A DNA stretch of 64,000 nt from Squalus acanthias (lineage: Eukaryota): assembly GCA_030390025.1 (NCBI GenBank), contig CM059432.1, forward strand, positions 80,602,001 through 80,666,000, in the 5' to 3' direction. A model generated the notes under the pieces. That model saw nothing but the letters and a program-made list of their open reading frames with translations, searched no databases and had not been told where the DNA came from. Shown here in pieces: positions 48,801 through 61,989 of this stretch (position 1 is the stretch's first letter; each line of letters begins with the position of its first letter). A program made the translations under genes and the position numbers.

Positions 48801-51796
48801 ACCGAGGTTAAACTGACTGGCCTGTAGTTGCTGGGTTTATCTTTACACACTTTTTTGAACATGGGTGTAACATTTGCAATTCTCCAGTCCTCTGGCACTA
48901 TCCCTGTTTCGAAGGAGAATTGGAAGATTATGGCCAGTACCTCTGCGATTTCTTCCTTCACTTCCCTCAGTGTCCTAGGATGTATCCCATTCGGTCCTGG
49001 TGACTTATCTACTTTAAGTACAGCCAGCCTTTCTAGTACTTCCTCTCTATCAATTTTTATCTCATCCAGTATCTCCTCTACCTCCTCCTTCACTATGTTT
49101 ACAGCAGCATCTTCTTCCTTGGTGAAGACAGATGCAAAGTACTCATTTAGCACCTCAGCCATACTCTCTGCCTCCATGCGTAGGTCTCCTTTTTGGTCCA
49201 TAATCGGCCCCACCCCTCCTCTTACTACCCCTTTACTATTTATATGCCTATAGAAGACTTTTGGGTTACCTTTTATGTTAGCTGCCATTCTATTCTCATA
49301 CCGTCTCTTTGCCCCTCTTATTTTCTTTTTCACTTCTCCTCTGAACTTTCTATATTTAGCCTGATTCTCAGATGTATTCTCGACCTGACATCTGTCATAT
49401 GCGCTCTTTTTCTGCTTCATCTTACTCTCTATCTCTTTCATCATCCAGGGAGCTCTGACTTTAGTTGCCTTGCCTTTCCCCCTAGTGGGAATGTACTTTG
49501 ACTGTACCTGAACTATTCCCTCTTTAAAGTCAGCCCATTGTTCCATTACAGTTTTGCCTGCCAATCTTTAATTCCAATTTACCCAGGACAGATCCGTTCT
49601 CATCCCACTGAAATTGGCCTTCCTCCAATTAAGTATTTTTACTCTAGATTGCCTCCTGTCCTTTTCCATAGCTAATCTAACCTTATGATACCATGATCAC
49701 TGTTCCCTAAATGTTCACCTACTGACACTTGCTCCACTTGACCTACCTCATTCCCCAGAATCAGATCCAGCAATGCCTCCTTCCTCGTTGGGCCAGAAAC
49801 ATACTGATCAAGAAAGTTCTCCTGAACACACTTCAGAAATTCTTGCCCTCTCTGCCCTTTACACTATTACTATCCCAGCCTATATTAGGATTGTTGAAGT
49901 CCCCCATTATCACTACCCTATAGTTCTTGCATCTTTCTGTAATTTCTCTGCAAATTTGCTCCTCCATATTTTTCCCACTAGTTGGTGGCCTATAGAATAT
50001 ACCTCGTAGTGTAATGGCACCTCTATTATTTCTTAACTCTAGCCATATAGATTCTGTCCTTGACCCCTCTAGGACCTCCTCTTTCACCAGCACTGTAACA
50101 TTCTCCTTAACCAATACTGCCACACCACCTCCTATCTTTCCTTCCCTATCTTTCCTCAACACCTTATATCCAGGAATATTTAGTACCCAATCCTGCCCTT
50201 TTTCCAGCCAGGTCTCTGTTATTGCCGAGACATCATATTCCCATGTGGCTATTTGCTCCTGCAGCTCACCAACCTTGTTTACCATGCTTTGTGTGTTCAC
50301 ATACATACACTGTAAACCTATCTTAGACCATCCTGTGTTCTCTCTTAGTCTGACCCCACCTAATACCGCACTATTTCTTACTTTAGTGCTCTCCGTCTCT
50401 CCCAGTCCTTTGTGCCCTTTGTTTCTCCTTTCTAGTGCTACCTCCTGGTGCCCATCCCCCTGCCAACTTAGTTTAAACCCTCCCCAACAGCACTAGCAAA
50501 CCTCCCCGTGAGGATATTGGTACCGGCTCTGTTGAGATGCAACCCCTCCGTCCTGTACAGGTCCCACCTCTCCCATAACCGGCCCCAATGACCCAGGAAT
50601 CTGAAGCCCTCCCTCCTGCACCATCTCTCCAGCCACGCATTCATCTGCTCTATCCTCCTATTTCTTTACTTACTCGCATGTGGCACCGGGAGTAATCCAG
50701 AGATTACTAGATTTAAGGTCCTGCTTTTTAATCTCTTTCCTAGCTCCCTGCACTCTGCGTGCAGGACCTCATCCCTCTTTCTACATTTGTTGTTGGTACC
50801 GATATGGACCACGACCTTTGGCTGTACACCCTCCCCCCTCAGAATGTTCTGCAGCTGCTTGGTGACATCCTTAACCCTGGCACCAGGGAGGCAACATACC
50901 ATCCTCGAGTCACGTTTGTGGCCGCAGAAACGCCTGTCTGCTCCCCTAACTTTCGAATCCACTACTCCTGTTGCTTTTCCTATCTTCCTCCTCACCCCCT
51001 GAACAGCTGAGGCACCCATGGTGCCGTGGACTTGGCTGCTCAGAGGAACCATCGCCCTCACCAGTACTTAGAACAGAGTACTGGTTGGAAAGCAAGATGC
51101 ACTCAGGGGACTCTTGCACTACCTGCCTGGTCCTCCTCTTCTGTCTGACGGTCACCCTTTACATCTCTGCCTGCACACTTCTTAGCTGCGGGGTGACCTC
51201 CTCCTGAAACGTGCTATCCACGTAGCTCTCAGCCTCGCGGATACACCGCAGTGATGCCAGCTGCTGCTCAAGCTCCAAAACCCGGAGCTCGAGCTCCTCC
51301 AGCTGACGACACCTCCTGCACATGTGGTTGTCCAGGACACGGGAAGCGTCCTGGATCTCCCACATTGCACAGGACGTGCATTCTGCTGGACCGAGCTGCC
51401 CTGCCATGCCTTTATTTATTCGACTATTAACTAACTTTACAGAAATTTAAGACTAAGATGTATCGAATTCAAGTTATTAATATAATATAGTATTACAGTT
51501 ACTAATTTAAGTAGTATTAACAGTTACTAATCTCCAAGCTCCTGCTTTATCCCTAATCAGTTATTTAACCCCGGCCCCTAACTTGAAGAGAAAAAAACAG
51601 TGTGACCTTTACCAACCAATCAGTTACCAGCTATCCTGTGACGTCACTCGTTGTGTTTTTTTTTAATCACCGGCCAGCTTCCTTAATGCTGCTGCCACCG
51701 CTCCCGCTCAGGTCCGCGCTCTGTCCTGGGCCTTCTCCACCTCTCCCTTTATGCCGCTGCCTCCACTACCGCCACTCTCGCTCAGGTCTGCACTCT
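45894..51796 (-). mobile_element. Near full-length, decayed CR1 LINE (ORF1 zinc-finger/leucine-zipper plus SGNH esterase; ORF2 APE endonuclease plus RT), split by another LINE
   Basis: ORF1: CTSC..CRRCRQLEELELRVLELEQQL (51159-51407) and CCLPGARVKDV..VVVHIGTN (50666-51061). Endonuclease: AITETWL..GGGVAV..FYRPP..MGDFN (49833-50306). RT: NYRPVSLTSV..QGF..GVPQ..KFADDTK (48307-49564), resuming at 46736-45951. Confidence 0.92.
46737..48305 (+). mobile_element. 5'-truncated LINE of a second CR1-group lineage, inserted in CR1 ORF2
   Basis: Encodes KAMGPDNIP..KSNPANYHPISLLS..QFGFR..LDIKAAFDRVWH..GVPQGCVLGP..FADD. The 3' end is gggcaattagggatgggcaataaatgctgg...catcccat followed by an A-rich tail. Confidence 0.88.
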
Positions 51797-53160
51797 GATT
51801 GGTTAAGGATATACACAGTTGCTTGTCCTGCTCACTCAGGTCCCAGATGCCTGGTCTCCCTCGCTGCGACGTTATCAGCTCACACTTTCAGCACATTGCG
51901 CCGCAAAATATCATGATGATTAAACAGGCATGGGCAAGTCTAACTAACAGCGGGCGCCGTTTGTTGCCTTGCTGCAGCAAATTATGGCCCATTATCTGAG
52001 GCAGATCTAAAACTGGTAACACTACTATTAGAGCCAGGACGTGGTTTTTCACTCTATATTCACAGATGTACATGCAAAGGAATAAATGTACATGTGTGCA
52101 GCAATCCTAATTTTTGGCTCTTGTACCTTATGCATTATTCCTCCTCCAGTTTTTTGAATATGATATCTTTCACAAATTAGGTTTTTCCATGCAGCACACT
52201 GTTTCCTGACCTGGAATGAAATTATCACAGGAATCCTTATTTCTGTTCTGCTGATATAAATAAAATGTAAATCGTAAATGCTGAAAATAACTTCCTTCAA
52301 GGAGTTACCTTGCTTGATGATGTAAGGTGAATAAAGATCAGTAGAGACATTAATCCAGAATGTTTAATTTGCATTTAAGCTTGTTAATTAAGCTCCTTTG
52401 CACCTTCAGGCTAAGTACCTCCTCCTAGCCATTTTCCAAGTGATGGCACCTGCATTACTGGTTCAGCAAAGATATGAAAAAAACAAAAATAAATAAGAAG
52501 ATATTACTAATAATTGTTTATATAAAATTTTAAACAATGGTGCTCATAGTGGTACATGGGAGCCAAATTTCTTCAATGCCAGTGGCATACTTGAGGCAGA
52601 TATTAGCAGTCCATGGCGGGGAAGGAAAATGGGACAGAAACTGGTAGAGATGGGTCTCCTTTCCAAGATCAGGCCACACAAGTGGGCAGGGGCAGGCACA
52701 GACAGAATTTCCTTCCACCCCACTGAGGCCTGGCATCCACCAGGTATCCGACTACTTCTGTCTCCTCTGCCCCAAATTTACTGGATACCATGATCCATGT
52801 CCAGTACAATGAAGAGATGGAAATGAGGCCAACAGGGGTGTATTAGGCCAGGATCATAGCTTGGAACACCCTCGAAGATAAAAGCATGCATAATTTAAAT
52901 CAGTCCACTGATAAAGGAGGGCCAATTCCACTATTTGCTCATTTTTCTTTTGCTGGTCCTGCTGGCTTCACTTCTGCACAGATTGCCAAGATGTGCTGAC
53001 ACTGGTGTGGCTGCTCACCTGATTTACTGAAATGCCCTGACCCCGGAACCTCTAGCGAGATCAGGCTCTCTCCCCATTGGTGCATCGCAATTCCCATTCC
53101 ACCACAGCAGAGCAGAATTGCGGATATTTGGACTTAGACTCTTTAATATGAAAAAACCTA

Positions 53161-55401
53161 GGGCTAAAAATTCAGGTGGTTCACACCACCTGTTACCGTC
53201 AAAATATTGAGAAAACACAGTGGCCGCTGCTTTTTGGCCAGTTGGTGACAGGTCCCGTGGCGTCCACCATTTTCCGAGGGCCAGCAGCGCTGCCAGTAAA
53301 CGCGATGGCTGTGGAAATTTAACTTTGGGAGAGGGTGACGTCACGCCGACTTAACGTCACTTTGCCAAACTTGGACCTTAGCACTGAGTTCAGCGCTGGG
53401 TCCTAAGCTTGCCATGAAAACCCAGCATTCAGCAGACTCACAGAGGCATTGTCAGCACCTCTTACAGGGACACACACATCTTTTAGGTAAGTTTACATTT
53501 AAGCATCTGGACTGGATTTTTAAAATTTTATTGAAGTAGTGGCTTGCTGCAATACATATTAAAAGTTTTTTAAGTGTGCAGGGAGTGCAGGGAGCGCTGC
53601 TGGATGCTTGCATGGTCTCAGATGGTAAAGGAAGTCCTCTGAGAAGACAGAAAATGCTGGAAATACTCAGCAGGTCAGGCAACATCTGTGGAGAGAGAAA
53701 CAGAGTTCATGTCTCAGGTCAAGATGTTGCCAGACCTGCTGAGTATTTCCAGCATTTTATGCTTTTATTTCAGATTAACAGCATCTGCTCACAGAGGGAA
53801 GAGGAAGACGCAGAAGAGGAGGAAGTAGAAGGAAGGATGCAACCCAAACAGCCCCCTTCTGGCCAGGATATCCGGGATGGAATCATCTGCCTGCAGTACC
53901 AGTGACCACAGCTCCAATACCCCTTTCAACAATTGTCCCACACCTTACCTTTCCTTTGTTACTGACCATCACAGCGTTCTCTTGGCCACAATGCTGAAAT
54001 AAAAACCACCACAAACCAAACTTTCCAATCCAACTTTATACATCTATCCATCCAATATGACATCAAGAAATCAACTCATCACCCTTATGCATTCCCTTAG
54101 TGACTGTCTTGTGTGTACCTTTGCCTATCCTACTGATGTCACACAGTGCTACCCCAGTGGCTGCAGAAATGGTGGTGGAAGGCTGCTGACTTTCAGTGGA
54201 GGACACTGCAAATAGCCTTGTTGGTCGGCCTTGAGGAGCTGGTGGCTGGGAGTGTCAAATCGAGTGACGACGGTGTTTCTTCTTCTTCACTCTCCTTTCC
54301 CTCTTTCTTGGTCAACGATTGGTGGGTCAGGCTGCATTTCTTGGGTATGTGAAATGAAGAAGGCACAAGGGTGGAGTTGTGGTGAGGGGAAGGCGGGAAA
54401 ACAAGAGGTGCATACGAGAAGGAGGATAACGTATGAGGATACCAGCATCTTGTATCCTTTCAACCCCGCCAATGGCCAAGGGCTCAGCCATGCCCCTGCC
54501 AAGAATGACTAGCACCGTCTCCTCAAAGGGGCTGAGGTAAATCTAGGAAAGGGGGATGTGCTTTGTGATTTGTACAGATTGTTGGTAGGTGAGTGATTGG
54601 CAGGGGGTGGGGGGTGGTCGTGCATTGAGAAGTGTGTGAGGCTAGTGATGCAGTTGGTGGGAGACGGCTTTTGAAGATGCATTCACTGACTTTGACCAGT
54701 GGTCTGATGTCATGAAGCTTCTTTGGGCACTGGAGCCAGGTGGTGGGGACAACACTTCTGACAGTGACGATCTCGGTGATCTGGTCCCACATCGTTCTTT
54801 CTGGAGGGCCGCCTGGCCCTTGTGGGTAGAGGACCTCTCTTGCAGTGTTGATTCCCTGTACAAAGCTGGAGTGCTGCGGGCGAGACCCTGGGTGCCCTTT
54901 CCCTGGCATGGTAAGCCATTTGGGTTAGTGCTGGAGCACCTTTCCCATTTTCTTGAGGTGCAGAAGGGAATTCAGCTTTAAGAGCTGAAGACTCCCATTT
55001 GGGAATGTTTTTTCAATTTTTTTTTTTAAGTAGAGCTGTAAGGGCTGAAAACTGCATTTATTAATTTCATTTTTATTTTTATCAGTTCAGAAGGCATTGC
55101 CCTTTTAAGCAAATGACAATGCATTGCCCTTTTAATATCCCACAATGCCTAGCGAAATCATAGCCCCGTTTTCAGAGGCTGTTGGAAGATGCAACGCAGC
55201 TTCTGGACGCCACCTTCGGGACTGATGCCTGGACTAACATCAGCAGGAGGGCGTTACATGGTCTGTTTAGCGCTGGGCTAATAATCTTTACTCCCCAGTG
55301 CGAATTTTTCTCTCCTACCGGTGCAACCATTTTCGGCGGCCGTTAACGCGAGGCCGCAGTGTCACCGACAACTTTCGTGTTGCAGTCAAATTTCTAGGCC
55401 C
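53161..55401. mobile_element. Internally deleted Harbinger element (Myb remnant on - at about 54690-54920; acidic transposase tail on + at about 53795-53905)
   Basis: Ends GGGCTAAAAATT and AATTTCTAGGCCC. Encodes RERAPRVS../GINTAREVLYP..MWDQIT..TWLQCPKKLHDI and EEEDAEEEEV..GQDIRDGII..YQ*. Confidence 0.72.
53645..53788. mobile_element. Palindromic Penelope pLTR remnant
   Basis: The arms 53651-53687 and 53722-53758 are 36/37 complementary. Same family as 10872-11060. Confidence 0.75.
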
Positions 55402-55518
55402 TAGTATAGAATAAAACTTCAAATCCATTATATTACAGGCCAGTCCTATTTCAGTTCAGCAGTTTGATCAGACTGCGCAAAGAATGCTTTGCTAGTGATG
55501 CTGCTTTGATCCCAACAG

Positions 55519-55609
55519 GTGGACGCAGTCAGTAACCTTCTGAAGGGACCAGCTGTGGCAAAGGCATTTGAACAAACCAAGAACTTCATCCCAAAACGAA
55601 GTTTACAAG
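55519..55609 (+). CDS. PREX2: PREX2 internal coding exon H (91 nt, phase 0 to 1)
   Basis: Acceptor ctttgatcccaacag|GTG and donor G|gtaac. Encodes VDAVSNLLKGPAVAKAFEQTKNFIPKRSLQ. I found no further exon before the end of the window. Confidence 0.92.
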
Positions 55610-57729
55610 GTAACATTTGGTATTAGCTATGAAAAGCTGCAGGTTCCCTAGCATGTAGCAGGGATAATGTTTATCACATGATAAATTTGGTGTACTTATT
55701 ATTAGGAACTTGAGCTGCTTCAGAATTTCTTTATGTGGAAGATTAAATGATTTGCTTTACTTCAATAGCTTCAAATGTAGCAAAACCAGTAAGACTTGTA
55801 TCTCTTTGTTCTCTTGAATCAGTAAGTTATTTCTATATACCTATGGGTTTGAATGAGCTACAACTGCTGCATTGATGCTATTATCAGCCCGAGATTTTGC
55901 TTACAGCTGAATATAGACAACAGGAATTATCAATGTGCCATTAATATTTACGCTGCAGATTAAGTTAGATCCCCATACAATTAGCATAATAAATACTAGG
56001 GCCTTGAAAATCCAGTGATCAGCGATCCCGGTGCCTTCTGAGAGCTTCTACTACTGACCCTGGCAAACTTTCTGGGGTCACTGGAAGATTTGCGTGCCAC
56101 TGAGGCAACTTTAGCACAAGGCCATATTAGACCTGTCATTATTAGAGTCCCAGCCTAATTTCCAGCCAATCTGGTCTACACCTGCTAAGCTTACATTGGG
56201 AATGCACCAAAATGACCACAGATTTATGGGGCCTGTGACTGTAAGAATTACCAGCAATATTAGTAGAATTGTGGAAGGATTTGAAGGATTATTGCCTTAA
56301 AATGAACAACAAATCCTTCAAATCAAACTCGGAAGAAGCTGGAATCTGATTAACATCACACCAAAGATCTAATCACTGTAGAAAGAAATTAACAATCAAA
56401 ATCCTACTGTCAGTGAAGGAATTAACGCAATACTCTCAGAACATAATAAGAATAAACTGAAAGTACATATGGGATCATTTCCTCTCCACACAATGTGTTG
56501 CAAATTGTAAGTATATTCTTTGTAGATGCACAATGTTTTCAGTCACAATACGTGGAAGAAATCTTTCCTCTCCCCATTGAATTTTAGTATTGCTAATAAA
56601 GGCTCAAGTAAAGCCCTACAGTAATTACATTTCTATAATACATGAACAAGAATATTGTTTAAATTCTATTAACAAATATTACGAATTCTCCAAAGGCTCA
56701 GTGGGCAACACTTGGTATTGGGACGTGTAGACCAGAAATATCCACGGCTCATTTGTGCTGAATTACCTGATCTCAGCTCTGGTGATGAGGTTTGTAACCT
56801 ATTGAACAGCAACTCTCAGGGGACTGTAGCACATCTCCAACTTTATTCAGCTTGTCAGATTCCTTCGCTAAGCACATGGTGCTTGAAAATTCACCATCCT
56901 TTGGGGGGCAAAAGCATCATAGAGGGTCAGAATTTGTTCCTTATGTCAGATATGCCAGAGTTATGCCCATTCTAAATACATGCTAAATTCGGGTGGAACT
57001 GGATGCTGGCAGAAGATGCGTCCACCCTCAAAGTGGTGCGTGTATGAAATGACAGAATAATGAAAGCAAAGCAACTGTACAAAAAAATTCAAATATTTGA
57101 CCAGATTTGCACCTGACTTAAGCCTGTAGAAAAGAGGGTAATTTGCCTGCGTGACTTGTCAAACAAGGAAGTGGCTGAGTTCAGAGGCTTTGACTGTCAA
57201 ACAGACTTTGTCTGAAATATCAGCTTTACATTCCACCCTTCTCTCATGGAGGCCATAATATGGGGCTCACTATGAGCATTCCCATATATGTCCTTATGTT
57301 GGAGGCAGAACAGAAGCAGGAGCATAGGAAGAGGAAATGACAGAGGCACAAGACTACACCAGAGGCTGCTCCCTTGAGATTGTATCAGAAGAGGTCAGCT
57401 TAAGGAGGCAATGGCCCTGATATTTGCAGGAAGGGGGGTGTTGTAGCGGCGGGGAAACTCAGCAATGTGGCTAACCCGGAGGCCCTGCTGAATTTAATGA
57501 CAGGACCTCATTTAAATCTTTTGTCTCCGTTTCCCGGCCGGCAGCCAGCCAGATTGTAGTTCATGGGACACCGTGAGGGAAGGTAAATTTGTGGGTAGCT
57601 AGTGAAACAGGACGGGAGAAGTATCAAAGCCTCCTAGTACAGCCCTCGAGCAAGAGAAGGTCATGAATGGAAGACTGCCATACATATGAAGAGACTGCAA
57701 GGAAGGGGCAATATGAGCTGCTAGCATAC

Positions 57730-57930
57730 CTCAGGTGAGGCCATTAAACCTCTTCTTTCACTGCAAAGGAGTCCTGAGAATCAAGGAAGTAGCACAGCCA
57801 CCTCCTTCCACCTTGTGTATCATGTGTTTGGTAGTTCTTTGCTCCTTGACCCCCAACAGCTCCATAACTCTGTTATGAGGGTTTCCAGGTCAGACTCCAT
57901 GAAATTGGCTGCTATCCTATTGGCCCTTGC
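57730..57930 (-). pseudogene. Highly decayed Harbinger Myb/SANT remnant
   Basis: The minus strand reads FMESDLETLITE...WKEVAV...RTPLQ*KK(..)FN, similar to 8570-8790. Confidence 0.4.
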
Positions 57931-59404
57931 TGTCATTCCTTCCGCCCAGGTTGCCTGCTTCCTCCAGTGCATCCATTATCCCGTTAAGCAGCAGATGGTT
58001 CATATCCTGCTGCTGCACAAGGTTTCCACCACTTCAGTTTTCCAGTTTCACCCTCTCCTCCCACCTAGCCTGGCAACAATTCAGGACACATTACAAGCCT
58101 AACTCCCATCCCTTTCCATTTTCACCTGTATTTACACAGCCTGCACACCTCAGATTATGCTAATCATCTGACCTTACCATTCTACTTGAGGGTCAGTGCC
58201 CTGCCACACTTCCAGTGGTGCCATTGGAATTCAGGCCCATAATGTCTGACCACTATATGGCCCGATACAATTTTAACATATTATTACAAACGGAGAGCTA
58301 AAGTGCCCTTGGACAAGCAAGAAGAAAAGTCAGGCAGGAGTGTCCCTTCTGATCGCAATTACTCATTGCCGCTGGGAAGTGCCTTTGTTTGGACATTGGG
58401 TTAAGATAGAATCAGGCTTGGCCATGGTGTCCCACAATCAAATACCCTGCTGACACTCACTTCTAGACTCACACCTGAGAAATGTCCTTCTGGGTGAGCT
58501 ACTGGGGTGCGCTGGTGCCCATAGAACTGTTGTCCAGCATGGGTCACTGCTTTCAAGAAAGGAAGAGATAAAACTGGGGAACTTTAAAAAAAGATATTGA
58601 CTATATTGCTCTGGCAATCCTACACTTAGCAAAAAGTATTGAGAAAAACACTAAACTTAAATAAGTAACACGTTCTGATGAAAATGAGCTGCCATATGGT
58701 AAATGGTATATGGATAAGATTATGATTTATTTGCAGTTCAAAATTAGAGGGATATTTCCTTTCTTGTGAATTTAACAACTAGAATGACTGTGAAGATTGA
58801 CAGTTTTAGGAGGTGAGTGATGAAGAAAGCAGTTGCAACCACTTGCAGTGTGCATGAACCAAGGGTTGGTTACAACACAATGTTCAAACCATCTTTGTAC
58901 GATTCTTTTTTTTTTGAATTGTGCTTTGATTTTCACAGTGTTCGTTCATTTGTGTGACGAATTCTGTGTCCCATTACAAGCTGCTATTAGAAAGTCAACT
59001 TAGTTTCCCCAGATCCACAGGAATGGGTAAAAGTTGAACTTTGGCTCACTTAACGGTTATTGAAGTATACATTGTATAGTTGTATCAGTGTTGTTTTATA
59101 AATCATTCAAGATTATTTATCTTTTCAGAAGACTTCTTCAAAAAAATTTAAAAGTGAGCCCAATGAATTGTTTCCCTAATTTTTAAGTACGCTTCCTTTA
59201 TTAATTCATCAGGTTTTATTGCAACTTCCTTCACGGGGTTTATTTCCAGTTGCGTTTGACCCTGCTGATTGCCTGCTTTTCTTTTGTATTTTTATATCAA
59301 ATTCATGTTTTCATAACAGTAAAACTGCAAACAGTTAAAATTACAAGATTAAATAATAAAATTAGATAAAGAATTAAATAATAAAGTAATTTATTATCAG
59401 TGTC

Positions 59405-59885
59405 TTTAGGAGCTAGATAGGTTAAAGAGGACCAGGCGACATAAGTCTAAGTTATGTAAGCATAGTATGAGGTTACACGCTCGGAGCTATTTCTTTTCGC
59501 AGTCGTCCAACCTCTGAAACAAGTTGCTGGCTCGTGCAGTGAATATGGATTCGCTGCAAATGTTGAAAAGGGAGCTGGATGAGTTCTTGTCAGTGGCCAA
59601 TATAATTGCATACAGAAGGTGGAGGATCTGTTGCCTAGTCACCATGGTCTCCCAGAACCTGTTTGACCACTTTTGGGGGTCAGAGAGAAATTTCACAAAA
59701 TTCCTTAATTGGCCTAAGATGTTTTTGCTTCTCCCGGGTGATTGTGTGGCTGTGTAGGTGGAGGGGGGGCGGGGGAGTTGGATGGAGTGACAGCAGCGTG
59801 CAGACATTACTTCATGTCAGGATAGGACAGGGCCCGTGGACCAGTTGGTCTTTAACCCTCACCCTATCCTTTTTCGCATGTTTGT
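59405..59885 (+). mobile_element. CR1-like LINE 3' fragment
   Basis: Encodes RGHKSKL...YFFSQSSNL*NKL..AVNMDSLQMLKRELDEFL, the CR1 ORF2 C-terminal pattern TRGH..KL..FFS.RV..WN.LP. Confidence 0.6.
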
Positions 59886-60467
59886 AAAAACTAAAGAAAT
59901 GTGGCACTTCTGCTGAAACTCTAGCCCAGGCCTTTCTCACCTGACATTCAACTTCTCTAGCATTTCCCTAGCCAGTCTCCCCATTTCCACAATTAACAAC
60001 AGATCCAGAATGTTGTGGCCCTTTAATTTATTCTGCCCTTTGGAACTCCTCCCCTTTGCTGCCTCTCCCCCTGCTTACAATAGTTTCCTAAAGCTCTTTT
60101 GTTTGACCGTGCCTTGCCCCTCTCTAACTTTTTTTTCCATTCTGCTTCACTTTCCCTTCTGCTGTCCATCTACTGTTTTTTTACTTTGCCTTGTAATGTG
60201 TTTAGAAACATATGTACAGAACTTCTGATTCAGTTACAGTGGTTGATAACACTAAATAAAGTGACCTTTATGGAATGAAATTAGATTTTACTTTTGGATG
60301 ATATTTTTATTTGCATGAACAAGGCATACATAAATAGAAAAGATTGTCAATAAATGGCAACTGCTTGATGTCTGTGAAAGTCAAGTTGCTTTCGATTTGC
60401 ATTGAGATACAGTGATTAACATTGGACAGTAGGCTCCCATGGTATTCAGATTATCTGAAGTATGCAT

Positions 60468-60630
60468 TTCATAGAATCTACAGCACAGAAACAGGCCATT
60501 CGACCCAACTGGTCTATGCCAGTGCTTGTGTTGCACACAAACCTTTTGGTGCTCTAATCACCTCTTCCCATCCTGCCCCCATATCCCTCTATTCCTTTCT
60601 CCCTCATGTATGCGGGTTTCTCCTTAAATA
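60468..60630 (-). mobile_element. CR1-type 3' tail fragment
   Basis: catagaatctacagcacagaaacaggccattcgaccc resembles the CR1 tails at 36953 and 45896. Confidence 0.55.
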
Positions 60631-61989
60631 CAGTTCCAATTTAAGGCTTTGCAAACAACAAACTAAATGCTTTAGCTCCTTTTCCTTGTTGGAAAGTGTC
60701 CTACCTTTCTGCTGGAGCTTCATTCTGTGCTTAATGAACTAATACTAAAAATTTGATTTTAAACTACAATATTATTAAAAGCCTCCACAATTTGTCAAAG
60801 GGATCACCACAAGAGCGGAATCCTCTGGAGTTATTACTTTCCATAATACTTATAAAAAATATATAGTTTTGTGGAATGGCACAGTGTTTAAACCAATTTG
60901 GGTTTTTTCCTGAATGTCACAAGCAGTATATTTTGATTGCCCTTATCTGCATAATTCTGAATTTCGCACCAGGGCAGAAGATGTGTAAGTACATAGCCAC
61001 ATTTTCTCCATTATAAGGGACCACAAGGTGTAGCCTGTTTGATGTAAAGCATTCCTTTGATGCCCAAAACTCCTCCCAATTATTGCTTGCCAACAAGGTC
61101 CAGTCACTTAATTAACACAAGAGTCCTGCACTTTGTCTGCTAAACACATCTAAGTCTGTCAAGAGCCTGTAATATTCATATGGCATGAGACTGCATCTGC
61201 TACAGATTAAATCCCAGCTTTATTATAGTGGTACAGTATGATGCACGACTAGTAAGACCATGGGGCTGATAATGCAATGCTCAACATCCATGGTGCTGAT
61301 ACACATCAGCTGCCAACTCCCCACATTATGGGGTGCTGATGCAACACACTCTTTAGCAGAAGGCACGCACTGATGCTCATCTGTATGGGGTCAGTCTGAC
61401 ACAAGTTCATTCACAGTGCCACTTCCATTGGATCAATCAGAGCACATGCTGCTTCTGGAGCTGACACCAAGTTGCACAAAAATGAACTAATTTTAAAAAA
61501 GATTACAGGGCCGATACGTCCTGTATCGTTTGTGGGCATCTATGAGGGAGTGCTTGACCCACATTTGTGCAGTGCTGCATGCCCACTTGACTGAGCTGCA
61601 GACCACCATGGAGAGTGCGGCCACTCCAGAGCTCTTTGCAGTGGATCCCCCCACCTAAGCCAATGTCCTATCCTCAGCCATGGCTTCCTTAACGAGTGCT
61701 GTGATTGAGGCTCTAGATACCTTGGACTCCAACCTATAGAAGTCTTTCTCCTCTGCATTTACACTGCAACAATGTAATGGCAGGAGCTAACGTGGATGAT
61801 GCTGTTGAGTGTCAGTATGAAATCACATCTACTTCACCTAGCTGCCCTGCTCAAATGTGCTAGATAGCATAGGCCAGGCAGCCATCGCTTCTGTAATTAC
61901 AGGGTCATCTACTTAGAGGCAAACACTGACACCCTGTACCATCCAATTTACTTTCTCATTCCATCAATGAGACACTTAAAGTAGCACAC

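Larger units (their letters stand above)
43445..51990. mobile_element. MITE expanded to 8.5 kb by nested insertions
   Basis: TIRs GGGCCATAACTTGCT and AGCAAATTATGGCCC (14/15 match), with flanks aat and att. Confidence 0.75.

Noticed and set aside
1242..55609. PREX1 as the host gene
   Set aside because: Peptides such as [45 protein letters not shown] and [13 protein letters not shown] match P-Rex2 as I recall it. This should be confirmed by BLASTP.
61080..61960. Possible decayed coding relic (also about 11150-11440, 35150-35600 and 52540-52900)
   Set aside because: I could not recover convincing motifs by eye. A translated search would be needed.
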